This document shows positions 10,870 to 20,854 of a stretch of 64,000 bases of DNA, piece after piece; the first letter of the stretch is position 1, and each line of letters opens with the position of its first letter. The stretch is from positions 145,806 through 209,805 of the forward strand of contig CAZKJM010000001.1 in assembly GCA_964553245.1 (NCBI GenBank), in the 5' to 3' direction. The notes beneath the pieces were generated by a model. The model did no database searches and had not been told where the DNA came from. It saw only the letters and a program-made list of their open reading frames with translations. Source of the stretch: an uncultured Gammaproteobacteria bacterium (lineage in GTDB: Bacteria; Patescibacteriota; Microgenomatia; Levybacterales; UBA12049). A program made the position numbers and the translations under genes.

Positions 10870-12479
10870 ATTATACGTAATGGCTCTCCCCTATCTACAA
10901 TTTTAGCAGATGGAGTACTTAAATAATGACAATCTACGAAAGATGAAATATACAAGGTATTCTTGGGTAGGAATTTTTCCGTATATCCAACTCCATTATT
11001 TATACAGTTTTGATAGATTCTTAAACTTCCTATTTGTGCTGGATTTTTGCCCCAAGCGCCCTGCAAAATCCTAGGATCTGTCTTTTCATATATTCCATAG
11101 ACTAAAAGAAAATCATATCCTTGCTTACTTAAGTAGATATTAGAATACTTATCCTTGTTTCGCATTATTAAGCTTGATAAATCCCGTGAATTTGAATTTA
11201 CACCCTCTGCTCCATAGATTGGCCATCTAAAATAATATTGATATAAATAGCTTGAAAAAAGAAAAAAGTATACTATTATTATTGTCAAAAATAATGTAAG
11301 TCTATAAAACTTTTTAAATTTTAATATTTTATCCAATGACATAGAAAGCCCATAGGCAACAATGATAATAAGTACTGGAAGCAACATAATATTTCTATTT
11401 ACAAAACTTTTATCAATGGTAAAAGTAGATGGAAGTGCTCCTATTATAAGCAATGTAAAAATAAATGTTTTTAGAAATCTATTTTTATTTTTAAGTAGTA
11501 AATATAAACCAATGAGCAAAAGGGGTAATTCAATAATATATAACTCTCCCCTTTGGGATATATTATTTGATCCAGACAATGGACCTGTATCGCCATATAA
11601 AAATAAAAACTCCAGAGAAAAAGGACCAAGAAAATTTTCTCTCATAGTTTTTAAATAATGCAAAGGTTTATTACTAAATATCTGACGAAAAATTATCGGT
11701 GCATTGCTATAGGTCCTTTCTAGATTAACTTGTTTTGCTGAATAAATGTTATTAAACAAATTTACATCAACTTGTCTTGTTACGCCCTGTGATTTAATAA
11801 CAAATAAAAATGAAATAAAGAAAAATGCACAAATTATCAAAAATAATGTAACGCTTTTTATATGTTTAAATAGTTTTGCGCGAAAGAAAAACAACAATAC
11901 TGGGATTAAAAATAAAAAGTATACTTTTGTTGCGTGATAACTATAAAAAGCCAAAGCAAATGGTATTAAAGACCATAAATATTTTTTCCCAGAGGCATTA
12001 GGAATGAATATATATAACCCCGATAATAAGAAAAACAACGAAAAATTTACATCCAAAAAGCTTCCTCTTGCTACTTGAAGTGCCCAAGGAGAAATAGAAA
12101 AAAGCAGTGAGCTTAATAATGCTACACGTTTGTTTTTAAACAAAAAATCAGATATTAAAAAAATTAAATAGACAGAACAAATTCCCATCAACGAAGAAAG
12201 AATCCTACCGGAAAAAGAACTAACCCCCAAAATCCCAACAAAAGGAGAAATTAAATATACAACTACTGGAGATGCGGAAGAATAAGCATTAAAAGAAAGA
12301 GGTAAAAAATTTCCTTGAACATCTCTTCCTGTATTCCAAATGCTATAGGCATTATAAATATAATTTGCTTCATCATCAATAACTCCATAAGGAATATTAC
12401 CTAATTGATATAATCTTAAAACAGAAGCTAAAAATATTATTAAAATTAATAATATTTTCCAATTAAAAAACCTAAGCAT
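10848..12479 (-). CDS. GT-C glycosyltransferase (ArnT/PMT_2-like)
   Basis: RLYQLGNIPYGVIDDEANYIYNAYSIWNTGRD; SISPWALQVAR; multi-pass. Confidence 0.85.
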   Translation of the reverse strand: MLRFFNWKILLILIIFLASVLRLYQLGNIPYGVIDDEANYIYNAYSIWNTGRDVQGNFLPLSFNAYSSASPVVVYLISPFVGILGVSSFSGRILSSLMGICSVYLIFLISDFLFKNKRVALLSSLLFSISPWALQVARGSFLDVNFSLFFLLSGLYIFIPNASGKKYLWSLIPFALAFYSYHATKVYFLFLIPVLLFFFRAKLFKHIKSVTLFLIICAFFFISFLFVIKSQGVTRQVDVNLFNNIYSAKQVNLERTYSNAPIIFRQIFSNKPLHYLKTMRENFLGPFSLEFLFLYGDTGPLSGSNNISQRGELYIIELPLLLIGLYLLLKNKNRFLKTFIFTLLIIGALPSTFTIDKSFVNRNIMLLPVLIIIVAYGLSMSLDKILKFKKFYRLTLFLTIIIVYFFLFSSYLYQYYFRWPIYGAEGVNSNSRDLSSLIMRNKDKYSNIYLSKQGYDFLLVYGIYEKTDPRILQGAWGKNPAQIGSLRIYQNCINNGVGYTEKFLPKNTLYISSFVDCHYLSTPSAKIVDRGEPLRIIWNIYEN

Positions 12480-12493
12480 AAGTTTCTTTATAT

Positions 12494-13213
12494 TTAATTT
12501 ATAAATCTATATTTTATAAGACTCCAAAGGGCTATGCTTCCATCTCTTATGGTATTAATCTTTTTCCCTTCATTATATCCTCTGGGACTTGCTTTAATTG
12601 GGATTTCGAGAATCTTATATCCCTTTTTAAGTAACTTCGCTGTAACCTCTGGCTCTAATTCAAAACCTCTCGCATTTAATTTGATATTATTCATAGCCTT
12701 TTTAGGAAAAAGTTTATAACAAGTTTCCATATCTGTTATCCACTGTTTGTAAAGAATGCTTGTTATAAGACTTAAAAATCTATTTCCTAAATAATGAAGT
12801 AAGAACTGAGATGTTTTTTCCTCATCTTTTAAATTAGGAGCCCTTTTAATTCTCGTACCGTAAACTACTTTTGCTTTATTTTCTAAAATTGGCTTTACTA
12901 AATCTTTTATATATTTTGGATGATACTCTAAATCAGCATCTTGAATTAAAATGTAATCTCCGGTTGCTTTTTTAATACCTGTTTTTACAGCACTACCCTT
13001 GCCTGAGTTCTTATCATGTTTTAAAAGCTTTATGCTTTTGTTAGTTTTTATGTATTTCTGTAAAAGAGTAGGCGTACTATCAATTGAACCATCATCAACA
13101 ACTATAATTTCTTTTTTTATATTTGGGGTGTTTTCTTTTTTAAGACGATCCAATAATTTAATAACCGTATTTTCCTCGTTATAAACGGGAATTATTATGG
13201 AAAGTTTCATCAT
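12494..13213 (-). CDS. GT2 polyprenol-phosphate sugar synthase-like (DPM/DPG-synthase-like)
   Basis: SIIIPVYNEE, VVDDGSID, GKGSA, IQDADLEY, DMETCYKLF, FELEPE. Confidence 0.85.
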   Translation of the reverse strand: MMKLSIIIPVYNEENTVIKLLDRLKKENTPNIKKEIIVVDDGSIDSTPTLLQKYIKTNKSIKLLKHDKNSGKGSAVKTGIKKATGDYILIQDADLEYHPKYIKDLVKPILENKAKVVYGTRIKRAPNLKDEEKTSQFLLHYLGNRFLSLITSILYKQWITDMETCYKLFPKKAMNNIKLNARGFELEPEVTAKLLKKGYKILEIPIKASPRGYNEGKKINTIRDGSIALWSLIKYRFIN

Positions 13214-14154
13214 TTAATAAATTCAGCAAAGATTTCTTTGTCCTTTTTAACAAATAATTTTTCAGCTTTAAATTTAGATTTTATAATTTCCGGAAGTAAA
13301 AATAAAGCCTTAAAAAAACCTAAAAAACAAGCTAAATCTAAACCAATAATTTGTTTTGCTAAATAATATGGTAAAAAGAGAATATGGTTTAAGATTAAAT
13401 CCTTATCAGTAATGTTTTTCCAAACAAAAATAAACTGATTCTTATAAGCAATCTTTTTTATATCAAAACTTGAATACCTACTTTTTATTGCTCCTTTTTC
13501 ATGTTCATGCAAAACTACGCTTTTATTTTCAAATAATATTTGATACCCAGATTTTAAAGCTCTATATGACAAATCAATATCCTCCCAATAAAATGGGTCA
13601 TATAATGAATCTAGTCCTTCAAGTTTTTCCCAAATTGATTTTCTAAACGCACCACTTCCTCCACTTACCCAAAGAGTGTTTGACGCATCAACCTTTCCTT
13701 TTGAATGAATTAAAAATCCTTTTTTAAATACTCCGACTCCTCTTCCTCTTAAAGTAATTTTTTCTCCATCTACGCTTTTATCCATACAACCTACTGCAAA
13801 AATATTTTTGTCTTTAAAATGATTAATTAAGGGCTTAAGAAAATCTTTTTCAGGAATAATATCTGTATTTAAAAGAATTAATATTTCCCCAGTAGATTTA
13901 CTAACTCCAATATTTACATTGGATGAAAAACCTTTATTTTTTTTATTTTCAATAATCTTAGATGAAAAATTATTATTATTTACTTTTCCTAAAACTTCTT
14001 TTGCAACTTCTAAAGAATTATCTTCGGATCCATCATCTGTTAAAATAAATTCTATTTCGTATCCTTTATCAATTACTGATTCAATAACCTTAGGCAGATT
14101 TTTTTTGAGTAAATTTTCTCCGTTATAATTTGGAATAACAATGCTTATTTTCAT
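13210..14154 (-). CDS. GT2 glycosyltransferase (WbbL/rhamnosyltransferase-like)
   Basis: SIVIPNYNG, DDGSED, GFSSNVNIG, LLNTD, FYWEDIDLSYRA. Confidence 0.82.
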   Translation of the reverse strand: MKISIVIPNYNGENLLKKNLPKVIESVIDKGYEIEFILTDDGSEDNSLEVAKEVLGKVNNNNFSSKIIENKKNKGFSSNVNIGVSKSTGEILILLNTDIIPEKDFLKPLINHFKDKNIFAVGCMDKSVDGEKITLRGRGVGVFKKGFLIHSKGKVDASNTLWVSGGSGAFRKSIWEKLEGLDSLYDPFYWEDIDLSYRALKSGYQILFENKSVVLHEHEKGAIKSRYSSFDIKKIAYKNQFIFVWKNITDKDLILNHILFLPYYLAKQIIGLDLACFLGFFKALFLLPEIIKSKFKAEKLFVKKDKEIFAEFIK

Positions 14155-14157
14155 AAA

Positions 14158-16428
14158 TTAAAAAAGTGAATTTTTAAATTCAATTTTATGATTTCCTTTT
14201 GGAACAATTATACCTCTAAAACTGTAATCTGTTATATAGATTTCTGTATTTTTTCCATCTATTGTTGCGCTCCAAGTTGGATAATAACTATCAGTTAAAA
14301 CCAAAAATCCATCTCCTTGACATTGAGTGTTTAAAATAATTTTGTTTTCTTGATAACTTTTAATCTCTATTTTCCCAAGATCCCAATTAGATTTAAAAAA
14401 GCTTTTATCTTTAACCCCTTCTACAATTGCAGTTTTTTCAAGAGGATTATCTATATTAAACATCTCATTAATTGCCTCTTGTTTTGATTCAACTAATTTT
14501 GTATTTACTACAAAAAAAACTTTTGGGTATGCGTTATTATTTTCATAAACTATAATCTTTCCATTTCTATAAACTTCACTAAGCTTACTTTCAGTTAGTT
14601 CATTAAAGCTTAAAACATACTTAACACCTAATAAATCCATGATCCTTGATGAAACATTTTGAGGAGTTATTATTCGATTAAACCCAAAAGGAGGTAAGAT
14701 GTCTGGCTTTCCCCTTCCAACAGCTGCCATTAATTCTCCATATCTTTGAAGATATAAAGGATCATAACCATCAAGTGTTTGAATTTTATACATTATAGAA
14801 AAGTTTGGTGGAAAAATGCTTGGATCAGTTGACATAACTCTAAAATATCCATTTTGCTCTTTTAGAAATTCAGTTACTGCAGTATTTGGAAATAAATATT
14901 CTTTTTTAGAAAATGTTTCAAACTTTAAGCCAAATCTAAAAAGATCAAAAACCGTAATAGCTATTAAAACAATTAAAAAGTAGTTTAAAATCTTTTTATT
15001 TTTATAAAAAACTAATATTAAAAATAAAATTAAAGATGTTAGAAATATAATACATGGAAGTATTAAGTTTTGTCTTGCAACTGATAGATTTTCAAGAGAT
15101 ATTACTTGCCCATTTGAAAAAAGCACAAACCCCCAAAGAGAAATAAAGAATAATGAGATAACCAAAAGAATATATAAAATATTCTTTTTATTTTTTACTC
15201 TTATAAAATAATCTAATCCAAGCGCAGCTAAAATACTTAATGAAAAATCGGTTAAAAATAAAAGTCTTGTTGGCTGAGATGTTGAAATTAACGGAATTTC
15301 TAATTTATATGGAATCTTTGAAATAACGCTTGGGAAAGCAAATATTAAGGACACAAAGAAAAAGCTTCCAAAAAACATTGTTTTTTTATCTTTTCTAAAA
15401 AAGAGTGCAAGAAATGCGAGAACAAGTGGAATAATTCCAACATATCCAATAAACTCTGTATAATTCCAAATACCATAATAATTAAGCGTTGCAGGATTAC
15501 CGAAAAAATCTGGAGCTAAAAATTGAATCATGTTTTGCCAAGGAATGAACCACCCTTCAGCTTGCCAACCAATTACATCTAAACTTCTTGCAGACATTGA
15601 TATAAACTTTAAAGTTGGAAACCATTGAGGAATTGAAATAATAACAAAAAACGCAAAAAGAAATGTAAAAAAAGCTGTTTTTTTAACCTTCTCTTTTCTG
15701 CAAATTAATTTAGAAAGCATATAGAAAAATAGAAGTACTATTAAATAGAAAAAAGTTTGTAAATGTCCTGCAAAAAAGGAAAAAGCTAAAGAAAGTACAA
15801 AAACAATCGACCAAATAGAAATATTTTTATTTAATAAATTTTCTTTTTCAAAAAGAGTAAATAGTTTGTCTACTGACAATAAAGCCAGCGGTAACCAAAG
15901 AACAGTATTTAATATTGTTCCCCATTCAAGCCAAGCGATCGAGAAGCCTGAGAAAGAAAATGCAATAGCTCCTAACAAAGACGAGAACTTTTTTAATTTT
16001 AAATTGTTTAAATAAAAATAAAGAAAAAACCCAGCTAAAACAGGTTGCAGGAAAATAAAAAGACTCCAAGAAATTTCAAAAGGTGCAAGAAAAAATAAGA
16101 AATTAAGCGGATAAAAAACAGATGATTGAAAATTTGCAAGAAGCAAAGTGCCTGAAAAATTATATGGATTCCATGTTGGTAAAATATTATTTTTCTTTTG
16201 CTCTATTGATAAATACTTCCATGGATATTGCTGTCTAACAGGATCTGTAATTAAGAAATTTTTAAATGGAATTCCGTTTGGATTTGTTTTAGCATAAATA
16301 TCTCTAAATGGATAATATAACCCAACAATCGTATCGGATGGAATTGGAAGTAAACCTTTTAAAAAAAATTGCCAAAAGAAAATAACAACCAGCAAAAAAT
16401 ATATTATTGGTAAAAATAATTTCTTCAC
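14158..16428 (-). CDS. YfhO-family GT-C membrane glycosyltransferase
   Basis: QQYPWK, PTWNPYNFSGT, APDFFGNP, DGYDPL, C-terminal LTDSYYPTWSATIDG...FRGIIVPKGNHKIEF. Confidence 0.85.
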   Translation of the reverse strand: MKKLFLPIIYFLLVVIFFWQFFLKGLLPIPSDTIVGLYYPFRDIYAKTNPNGIPFKNFLITDPVRQQYPWKYLSIEQKKNNILPTWNPYNFSGTLLLANFQSSVFYPLNFLFFLAPFEISWSLFIFLQPVLAGFFLYFYLNNLKLKKFSSLLGAIAFSFSGFSIAWLEWGTILNTVLWLPLALLSVDKLFTLFEKENLLNKNISIWSIVFVLSLAFSFFAGHLQTFFYLIVLLFFYMLSKLICRKEKVKKTAFFTFLFAFFVIISIPQWFPTLKFISMSARSLDVIGWQAEGWFIPWQNMIQFLAPDFFGNPATLNYYGIWNYTEFIGYVGIIPLVLAFLALFFRKDKKTMFFGSFFFVSLIFAFPSVISKIPYKLEIPLISTSQPTRLLFLTDFSLSILAALGLDYFIRVKNKKNILYILLVISLFFISLWGFVLFSNGQVISLENLSVARQNLILPCIIFLTSLILFLILVFYKNKKILNYFLIVLIAITVFDLFRFGLKFETFSKKEYLFPNTAVTEFLKEQNGYFRVMSTDPSIFPPNFSIMYKIQTLDGYDPLYLQRYGELMAAVGRGKPDILPPFGFNRIITPQNVSSRIMDLLGVKYVLSFNELTESKLSEVYRNGKIIVYENNNAYPKVFFVVNTKLVESKQEAINEMFNIDNPLEKTAIVEGVKDKSFFKSNWDLGKIEIKSYQENKIILNTQCQGDGFLVLTDSYYPTWSATIDGKNTEIYITDYSFRGIIVPKGNHKIEFKNSLF

Positions 16429-17495
16429 TTTTTAAATATTTCTCTTATTTTTTTACAAAATTTTTCGTTACTAAAATTTATTGCCTTTTTATTTGCTTCT
16501 ATAGAAAGCTTTTTTCTTAAATTTTCATCATTAACTATTGATAAAGTTTTATCTATCAAGTCCTTCTCTGTTTCCCATAAAAATCCATTCTTGCCGACAT
16601 CTACAATTTCCTTTTGCCCACCTGCGTTAATAACGATCGGGACAACTTTTGCAGACATTGCTTCAACTGTTGATATACCAAAATGCTCAGCTCTTTCAGG
16701 ATTTTTCTTTAGATCTTCTCCAAAACCTGATGCGTGCCAATAAATTTTTGATTTAAGATAGATTTTTGACAAATCCTCCCAACTTGAATTTTCAACAAAT
16801 TCAATTGGGTATTTAAACGCTTGGCTTTTTAATCTATCTAGTTCTTCTTTATATTTTTCAATATAACTTATAACTATTACTAATTTCCAATCTTTAAAAC
16901 CTCCATCTACCATTTTTTTAAAAACCTTAATCATAAAATCTTGTTTTTTAAAATATCCGCCATCCGGAAGCAAACCAAATCTACCGACGGTTAAAATTAT
17001 ATTTTCTTTTGTTATTTTTGAGTTCTTAAAAAGGACACTTGATGGGGGATACAAAACAATGCTTTTTGTACCTAGCTTTTTGTCCACAAAGTCCTTTGTA
17101 AAAGTACTGTTGCAAATAACCTTGTGTATTCTTTTAAGTTTCGTATTTTGCCAAAAACCATTGGAATTTACCCATTCTATTGGAAACTGTAAATGAATAA
17201 ACAACTTGCAACTAATAAAGGGGATGCTTCCATCGCTTAAAAAGAGTATCGCATCAAATTTTTTTGATTGCAAAAATCTCTTACAGAAATTTTTGTGCTT
17301 AAAAATGTTTTCAAATAAGCTTACTTTTTTAAGATTAATCGAAAATCTTTTCTCCGCCTTTCTCAAAATATTTTTATCCTTATCCCATAAAACAAAAACC
17401 TGATGGTCCATAGCAAGACAAGAAGCGGCTGTAAGCATATATTTTTCTCCACCACCTAAGGTGTCTAAATATGGATCAAATATTCCTATCTTCAT
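16425..17495 (-). CDS. GT4 glycosyltransferase (ALG11/ALG2-like)
   Basis: GGGEK near the N-terminus, VICNSTFT, LTVGRF, EHFGISTVEAMSA (Ex7E), GGQKEIV. Confidence 0.88.
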   Translation of the reverse strand: MKIGIFDPYLDTLGGGEKYMLTAASCLAMDHQVFVLWDKDKNILRKAEKRFSINLKKVSLFENIFKHKNFCKRFLQSKKFDAILFLSDGSIPFISCKLFIHLQFPIEWVNSNGFWQNTKLKRIHKVICNSTFTKDFVDKKLGTKSIVLYPPSSVLFKNSKITKENIILTVGRFGLLPDGGYFKKQDFMIKVFKKMVDGGFKDWKLVIVISYIEKYKEELDRLKSQAFKYPIEFVENSSWEDLSKIYLKSKIYWHASGFGEDLKKNPERAEHFGISTVEAMSAKVVPIVINAGGQKEIVDVGKNGFLWETEKDLIDKTLSIVNDENLRKKLSIEANKKAINFSNEKFCKKIREIFKK

Positions 17496-17501
17496 AATCT
17501 T

Positions 17502-17510
17502 ATTTTATCA
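17502..17510 (-). promoter_or_regulatory. Extended -10 promoter (TG-A-TAAAAT) 6 nt before the GT4 ATG; leaderless type
   Basis: Minus strand reads TGATAAAAT-AAGATT-ATG, with no SD. Confidence 0.55.
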
Positions 17511-17565
17511 AGTTTATAAACCTATTGCATTCTCATAAAATAAAATAATATAATCTAGTAAGAAT

Positions 17566-17808
17566 ATGAACAGTTCATTTCCAGGTTTACCATTTCCTCA
17601 ATATTTAATATATATAATAATGGTTTGGTCTATAGCCTGGAAAGGTTTAGCATTATGGCATTCGGCAAGAAATAATCAAAAAAACTGGTTTTTAGTAATG
17701 CTCGTAATAAATACTATAGGGATTATGGAAATTGTTTATTTATTTGGTTTCTCAAAGAAAAAATTAGCCCTCAAAGATCTTGCGTTTTGGAAAACTAAAG
17801 AAAAATAA
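17566..17808 (+). CDS. Small membrane protein, DUF5652-like (common in CPR)
   Basis: WSIAWKGLALWHSARNNQKNWF...NTIGIMEIVYLF. TTGCAT-18-TATAAT upstream. 3' end overlaps the convergent YfhO gene by 45 bp. Confidence 0.75.
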   Translation: MNSSFPGLPFPQYLIYIIMVWSIAWKGLALWHSARNNQKNWFLVMLVINTIGIMEIVYLFGFSKKKLALKDLAFWKTKEK

Positions 17809-20091
17809 CCCAAAAAACCCAAATAATAATGCGCCTATACCATAAATAAAACTATCTGGAATGTATTCAAATTCAACCAAATGGCGTCCCTTTTTAACTT
17901 GAACCGCTTTAAAAGCATAATCTGCTCTATAAATTTTTTGACCTTTTCCATCAATTTTTACTTTCCAACCAGAATGATAAGAGTCAGATAAAAATAAAAG
18001 CGAATCAGTATTTGCATTTACAATAAGCTCTATGTTGTTTGAATTATATTTTTGTATATTTACGGTTCCAGCGCTACCGCTTGATTGTCTTAATCCAATA
18101 TTTTCTTCTAAAATAACTTTTTTGGAAAAATCAAATTTATCAGAAAACAAAGTATCCAGGATTATTTTTTTGTCATTTATAACCTCATATTGATTAACTA
18201 AATAAGCGCGGGATAACACATTATTATTTTCGTAAATTTGATATTTATCATCCTCATAAATTAGACTAAAGCTTCCATTCTTATATTCCCAATATGGAAA
18301 AGCCCAGATTGCTTGACCATCTGCTTTTTTATGAATTATGTATTTTATCCCAAATAAATTAATCGCTTCTTTTGTAAATTCTCCTCTTTTTGAAAGCTTA
18401 ACTATTGATCTTTCAGGAGTTTTCAATCTTCCTTCATTTACATAACTTACTAACTCTCCATACCTTTTAATATAAACTGCATCATATCCTTCAATTGAAG
18501 GAAGGTTATAATAAACAAAAACCTCTCCCCCTAAATTACCATAATATCTATCTATTGAAGATAAGTTTTTAAGATAAGTTAAAGTTTTAGTTTGTTTAAA
18601 AACTAAACTTTTTGGATCAAAAGGCATCCACTTAGTTGAAAATCTTAAAAGATCAAAAGAAATAATAACCAAAAAGGCAATTGCTAAAACAATATATATT
18701 TTTTTATTTTTTCTAAGTAAAACTGTAATTAAGGTAGTAAATGAAAATACTATAAAAATTATTGATGGTAATATTAAATTTTGCCTTGCAATTATTGTTT
18801 TTTCCATAGGTAAAACTTCTAGAAGAACAATTAACCAAAGAATGATATAAATAATAAAAAAAGAAAATATTAAAAAAATTATTTTTCTAAGTTTTCCTTT
18901 TTTTAAATCTTCTAAAAGTTGATCGTAGCCAAAAGACGCAAAAAGAGAAAAAAGAAAGCTAAAGACTACAATAATTCTACTCGCTGCACTAGTTGATAAG
19001 ACTGGTACTTTTAAAGCTACGAAAAAACTCAATAATGGTGTATCAAAAGCTAAAAAAAGAACTAAAATACTAAATATGAACAAATAAAATACTTGTTTAT
19101 TTTTTTTATTCAAAATTGCATAAATACTGAGTATTAATGGGATTATACCAATGTATGCATTCCACTCCGCATAGTGACCAAACCAATCATTTCTAGTTAC
19201 GGGATTACCGAAAAAATCTGGAGCTAAAAAAGTTGGTAAGTAGTTAATTGGGATTGCTTCAATTTTCTGGAAAAGAACGCTCCTTAAAGAATCTGAATAA
19301 AGCTCAATTGAAGGTAAAATTTGAGGCATTGATATAAATAATCCCAGAATTACATAAATAATAGACCATAAGCTTTTCTTTTTATCTTTGGTTATTAAAT
19401 ACTTTATAAGAATATAGGTAAATACGGTAATTAAGAAATATAAGCTAATTTGAAAATGACCGCTAAAAAAAGACATTGGAACCGTTAGCGAGGAAAGGAC
19501 TAAGTATCTCTTTTTTTCTTTTTGAAAAAAATTTTCCAAACCATATATGCATAAAGGTAAAAAGAGAATCGCAAACCCTAGCGTTGCATATCCCATCCAT
19601 GTCACGATAAATCCACAGAACATAAAAGCGATTGACGAAATAAGCCCTGCAATTTCTGATCTATCTAAGCTTCTAGTTAATAAATACATAAATATTCCAG
19701 CAAGTAATGGTTGCAACAATACCAACAAGCTCCACGCATCAATAAAGGGAAAAATAAGGAATAAAAAATTAAACGGAGAAAGTACTGCTGATTGATAATT
19801 AGCTAAATGCGGTGTTCCTGAAAAACTATATGGATTCCAAAGGGGAATTTGACCCGATAGGTAAGTTTGTATTGTTAAATATTTCCAAGGATAAATTTGG
19901 CCAATAATATCAGGCATCGCATTATTTTTAACAGGACTTGCTAGTTCTGAATAAGTACTCCAAGGAGCAAAAAAATTTACCTGGTATGTAGATGGATAAG
20001 GCACATTCCCCTTTATTAAGTAAGGTGATGCAAAAATAAACCAAATTAAAAATATTAATAAATACGTCCAGTATTTTTTAATTATTTTCAT
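17764..20091 (-). CDS. YfhO-family GT-C membrane glycosyltransferase
   Basis: QIYPWK, PLWNPYSFSGTP, APDFFGNP, EGYDAV, LSDSYHSGWKVKIDG. Confidence 0.85.
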   Translation of the reverse strand: MKIIKKYWTYLLIFLIWFIFASPYLIKGNVPYPSTYQVNFFAPWSTYSELASPVKNNAMPDIIGQIYPWKYLTIQTYLSGQIPLWNPYSFSGTPHLANYQSAVLSPFNFLFLIFPFIDAWSLLVLLQPLLAGIFMYLLTRSLDRSEIAGLISSIAFMFCGFIVTWMGYATLGFAILFLPLCIYGLENFFQKEKKRYLVLSSLTVPMSFFSGHFQISLYFLITVFTYILIKYLITKDKKKSLWSIIYVILGLFISMPQILPSIELYSDSLRSVLFQKIEAIPINYLPTFLAPDFFGNPVTRNDWFGHYAEWNAYIGIIPLILSIYAILNKKNKQVFYLFIFSILVLFLAFDTPLLSFFVALKVPVLSTSAASRIIVVFSFLFSLFASFGYDQLLEDLKKGKLRKIIFLIFSFFIIYIILWLIVLLEVLPMEKTIIARQNLILPSIIFIVFSFTTLITVLLRKNKKIYIVLAIAFLVIISFDLLRFSTKWMPFDPKSLVFKQTKTLTYLKNLSSIDRYYGNLGGEVFVYYNLPSIEGYDAVYIKRYGELVSYVNEGRLKTPERSIVKLSKRGEFTKEAINLFGIKYIIHKKADGQAIWAFPYWEYKNGSFSLIYEDDKYQIYENNNVLSRAYLVNQYEVINDKKIILDTLFSDKFDFSKKVILEENIGLRQSSGSAGTVNIQKYNSNNIELIVNANTDSLLFLSDSYHSGWKVKIDGKGQKIYRADYAFKAVQVKKGRHLVEFEYIPDSFIYGIGALLFGFFGLFFFSFPKRKIFEG

Positions 20092-20854
20092 TATTTTCTA
20101 TTTCTTTATCATATCTATTTTGTAATTCCCAAAGCCTTGCGTAAGTAATAAAAATACTAAAGGCCTGATAAACACTTTCTACTATCCCAGCTGTTCCTGC
20201 TTTATAGCCCTTTTGCGTAATATATGAATTAAAAAAAGCTGTTAGCATTACTCTTGGAAATCTCCACCATGTCATCCTTGGATGATTTGTCTTATATCTT
20301 AAATTTGCCTCAATCTTTGACCACTCAATTGTTTTACTAAGCATAGATGAAAGATCTCTATGTGTATAATGCAATAGATAACCTTCGATGTCCCCAATTT
20401 TTCCTTCAATTAATGGACTTTCGTGAAGCTGTCCTATCCATTTTTTTAAGGCTCTTCTCCTAAACAACCGTTCAATTTTTTCAATATTCGGCCATTCTTC
20501 ATTGCCAAAATAAAAATTTTTTCTTTGTAATTTATAAGCTGAAAATTCATTTTCTTCTTTTAACAATAAATTTTTAATATTCTTCGCTAGTTCTTTCGAA
20601 ATTCTTTCGTCTACGTCAACATATAAAACCCACTCTGAAGTTGCCTTTAATAAACCAAAATTTCTAAGTTTTGCAAAATCTTTAGAATCATATTCAAAAA
20701 CTTTTGCACTCATTCTTTTAGCAATCTCTTCAGTTCTGTCTTTTGAATCGTTATCGATCACAATAATTTCGTCACAGAAAAAAAGCGAATCAATACAATC
20801 CGCAATTAAATCTTCTCCATCTTTTACAATAATTACTGCAGAAATTTTTGTCAT
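20078..20854 (-). CDS. GT2 beta-glycosyltransferase (WaaE/KdtX-like)
   Basis: SAVIIVKDGE, DEIIVID..SKDRT, RNFGL..ATSEWVLYVDVDE, LHE, HYT. Confidence 0.82.
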   Translation of the reverse strand: MTKISAVIIVKDGEDLIADCIDSLFFCDEIIVIDNDSKDRTEEIAKRMSAKVFEYDSKDFAKLRNFGLLKATSEWVLYVDVDERISKELAKNIKNLLLKEENEFSAYKLQRKNFYFGNEEWPNIEKIERLFRRRALKKWIGQLHESPLIEGKIGDIEGYLLHYTHRDLSSMLSKTIEWSKIEANLRYKTNHPRMTWWRFPRVMLTAFFNSYITQKGYKAGTAGIVESVYQAFSIFITYARLWELQNRYDKEIENNENN

